From NCBI GenBank assembly GCA_010909165.1, contig MU008160.1, forward strand, positions 1,798,001 through 1,862,000: DNA of 64,000 bases, written 5' to 3'. The stretch is from Anthoceros angustus. Taxonomy: Eukaryota; Plantae; Anthocerotophyta. This document shows, piece after piece, positions 61,486 through 64,000 of the stretch. The notes under the pieces are model-generated. The model did no database searches. It saw only the letters and a list, made by a program, of their open reading frames with translations, and was not told the DNA's origin. Made by a program: the position numbers and the translations under genes. Within the stretch, counting starts at the first letter, position 1, and each line of letters opens with the position of its first letter.

Positions 61486-61838
61486 CCGTACCCCGAGGGG
61501 TGATTCGGCATTAATTAATTAAAATTAATCAAATTTAAAAAATTTAGAAATTATTATACTTAAAATACTGAACATGTAAAAATTTATGACTTTAAGATGC
61601 TGAAAACAAGGAAACTAGGCTTTGTGTGGAAAATTAGAGCCTGTTTAGGGGAGATCTATACATATCCATTAGTTCTACATAGATATCTATGTATTTATGT
61701 ATTTTAATAAATACTAAAATTTTATAAAGTTATTTTTTATAAATTTTGAAATTTTGAAAAATATAAATATTTATGTTGAACCTTTTTTTTAAATAACTAT
61801 TTCGACATTATCCTGTTGAAATACCCCTCGGGATACGG
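61486..61838. mobile_element. MITE-like element (~353 bp) with 16-bp terminal inverted repeats and an AT-rich core
   Basis: Left CCGTACCCCGAGGGGT, right ACCCCTCGGGATACGG (one mismatch). The flanks are TG and TA, possibly a degraded TA target duplication. Confidence 0.7.
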
Positions 61839-61844
61839 TACATA

Positions 61845-64000
61845 TCACATAGGCTCCTTAAAAAGGCCATGCATACGGATATATATCAATGGTTCCCTAT
61901 CACCAAATATGAAATAGGAACCTCTAGAAGTAAAAAGAATTATTATCATAGTTAGTAGGAAGGAACTTACATATCCTATTGAGAATGCTATCCAAGATAT
62001 GAGTGAAGCCTTTTCCTCATGGATGGGAGAAAGCATTGGATGGGGACTTGAAGGACTCAAGAATAATGCACATTTCACATCTAAGGGCTCTCCACATAGG
62101 CATGGGTTTCCTGCAAAGTATGTTGCAGCAAATTTTGTACCAAGATCGGGAATGGGGCCACAAAGAGCATTACTTGATAAATCTAAATAATCTAAACTAG
62201 AACCTGATATAGTTATTGTAGGTATCTCACCTATAAGATTATTATGAGATAGGTCTATTTGGCTGAAATTATTTGGTACATTAGGAATCTCTCCAGTAAA
62301 ATGATTTCTTGATAGATTCAAAAGACTCAATCCAGATAGGTTAAATAATGATTGAGGTAAACTGCCTTGTAGATTGTTGCCAGACAAGTCTAGTACTGTG
62401 AAAGAATATAAAAGCGTCTGAATGCGTGTCTTGACACCCTTAGAGAAGATAGTGAAAAAAATCATATTAGGGTTAAAACTTCTAGTAATGACATCATTGG
62501 GATCTGAAGAAGGAAAGGGATGCTGCCATCTTTGTATTTGCCATATACTAGGAGGGATTGTCCCTTCCAATAAATTATCAGCCAATACCAGCATAAATAA
62601 CATTGGAAACCTTTTAGCAATCCAAGAAGGAATAGTCCCATGAAACCTGTTTGACGCTAATAAGACAATGCTCATAAAGTTACTTGGCAGAACACGAAAT
62701 ACTTGAGATAAATGTCCCTCCAATTGATTATTCTGTATATCCAATATTTGTAAGAATGAACAATTCATAAAAGACATAGGAAGCATGCCAACTAGTTGAT
62801 TGGAGCTAGCACCAAACCACAGCAATGCAACCAAAGTACCCAAACTTTCAGGAATGGTACCCGAGAAATTATTCTGGCTCACGACTAACTGGGTGAGATA
62901 TTCGAGTTCATTCCAACGCACTGCCGAAAGCGAACCTTCCAACCCGTTCCCTTGTACATAAAATACCTCTAGATTTGTGAGGTTGGCTATTTCAGCAGGA
63001 AGGCTCCCAACAAGTTGATTATTGCTCAAGGCAAGGCCCGTCAACGAGGAGCAATTTCCCAACGATGATGGAATTGTACCTGACAACCGCGTGTCCCATA
63101 AAACTAATTGTTTCAAACGGTTTAGTTGGCCAAGTTCCTTCGGAATGGATCCTGTAATATTAGCTGTCCAGATTTTAGAGACACTTGATCCGACCGTAAT
63201 CTGTTGCAAGTTCTGGCAAAACGCCAATTCAGGCGGGATGTTCCCCTCCATATCATCCTCCATAATGGTAAGCACCTCCAAGTTGGAAAAGTTGCCGATA
63301 GCTGAGGGAATGGGTCCGCTGAATCGGTTTCCAACTAGGTCTAGTTCTGCGAGTGAGCTGGGAAAGTCGATCGGAATATTCCCCGTGAACTGATTCAGGA
63401 CAAGGCCACAAAGCAGTAGAGCAGTAGCATTTGAAAACGACGGGATCTTCCCGTCCATTTGAGTGTATTCGATAATCAACTGTTGCAAGTTCTGCAGCTG
63501 CCCAAAGCTCTCCGGTATGCTTCCATTCAAACTGTTCGGGAAATAGGAGGCGCTCTGGTCGTCTGTCGGATACGTCACACCCAGGTTGGATGACATTCCT
63601 ACATAAAACTGTTGCAACTGAGAGCATGAACCCAGCTCCTCGGGAATAGGGCCGGTGAAGTCAGCAAACTGGATGGAGAGTAGCTCCAGGTTGCTCAAGT
63701 TGCCTATAGTCCTTGGAATCTCTCCGTCTAGAAAGTTTTGGTCCAAGTTCAGAATTGTTAAGGTCTTGAGGCTACCGATCTCCGCAGGGATGCTACCCTT
63801 CACTTGAGTTCCTGTGATGGTTAAGTCCTGCAGGGATGACATGTTACTGAAAATGGCCAAGGCCGCCTTTAAGCGGCCGCTTATCAAGCCCCTCCGATTG
63901 ACCTCTCGAGCGTTGGAAGTACCCACCGAAAAGGAAATGAGCTTGGTACATTTCCCGAGCTCCGCAGGCAACTCGCCTTCCAACCCAAAATTGTCCAGCA
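61845..64000 (-). CDS. LRR receptor-like protein (no kinase domain), 5' end outside the window, intronless part >712 aa
   Basis: Plant extracellular LRRs (LxxLxLxxNxLxGxIP). Island before SKG...FTVLDLSGN, C-terminal cap GNPCLCG, TM segment WIAFSIGYVSSFLLTMIIILF and a short cytoplasmic tail. The frame is open to the window edge. Confidence 0.93.
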   Translation of the reverse strand, partial: LDNFGLEGELPAELGKCTKLISFSVGTSNAREVNRRGLISGRLKAALAIFSNMSSLQDLTITGTQVKGSIPAEIGSLKTLTILNLDQNFLDGEIPRTIGNLSNLELLSIQFADFTGPIPEELGSCSQLQQFYVGMSSNLGVTYPTDDQSASYFPNSLNGSIPESFGQLQNLQQLIIEYTQMDGKIPSFSNATALLLCGLVLNQFTGNIPIDFPSSLAELDLVGNRFSGPIPSAIGNFSNLEVLTIMEDDMEGNIPPELAFCQNLQQITVGSSVSKIWTANITGSIPKELGQLNRLKQLVLWDTRLSGTIPSSLGNCSSLTGLALSNNQLVGSLPAEIANLTNLEVFYVQGNGLEGSLSAVRWNELEYLTQLVVSQNNFSGTIPESLGTLVALLWFGASSNQLVGMLPMSFMNCSFLQILDIQNNQLEGHLSQVFRVLPSNFMSIVLLASNRFHGTIPSWIAKRFPMLFMLVLADNLLEGTIPPSIWQIQRWQHPFPSSDPNDVITRSFNPNMIFFTIFSKGVKTRIQTLLYSFTVLDLSGNNLQGSLPQSLFNLSGLSLLNLSRNHFTGEIPNVPNNFSQIDLSHNNLIGEIPTITISGSSLDYLDLSSNALCGPIPDLGTKFAATYFAGNPCLCGEPLDVKCALFLSPSSPHPMLSPIHEEKASLISWIAFSIGYVSSFLLTMIIILFTSRGSYFIFGDREPLIYIRMHGLFKEPM

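Overview
Eukaryotic land-plant genomic DNA. The short GT-AG introns and the gene set suggest a compact-genome non-seed plant such as a lycophyte (inference, not verified). (1) 1-24.2 kb: nested Ty3/Gypsy LTR retrotransposons. A ~17-kb non-chromovirus element on + has ~4.9-5.2-kb LTRs, each carrying a degenerate ~2-kb ORF. It is inserted into the gag gene of a minus-strand element that has gag and protease but no RT in the window, followed by a coiled-coil/RING-H2 ORF and a heptad-coding minisatellite. (2) 24.7-43.9 kb: an atypical single-domain DUF26/Gnk2-like secreted protein, an internally deleted Ty1/Copia element with local tandem duplications and perfect hairpins, a STIG1-like Cys-rich peptide gene, and AT-rich spacer. 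(3) 44.2-64 kb: a dense gene block. It holds a metal-dependent amidohydrolase head-to-head with a plastid SAM methyltransferase, GatB, an F-box/LRR protein, a UapA-like NCS2 purine permease, a 2OG-Fe(II) dioxygenase pseudogene interrupted by a SINE-like insert, a permease-paralogue relic, a MITE, and a 5'-truncated LRR receptor-like protein. The repeats are full of small indels while the single-copy genes are clean, so many TE frameshifts and some duplications may be assembly errors. No tRNA, rRNA or CRISPR array was seen. All calls come from reading the sequence; no searches were run.
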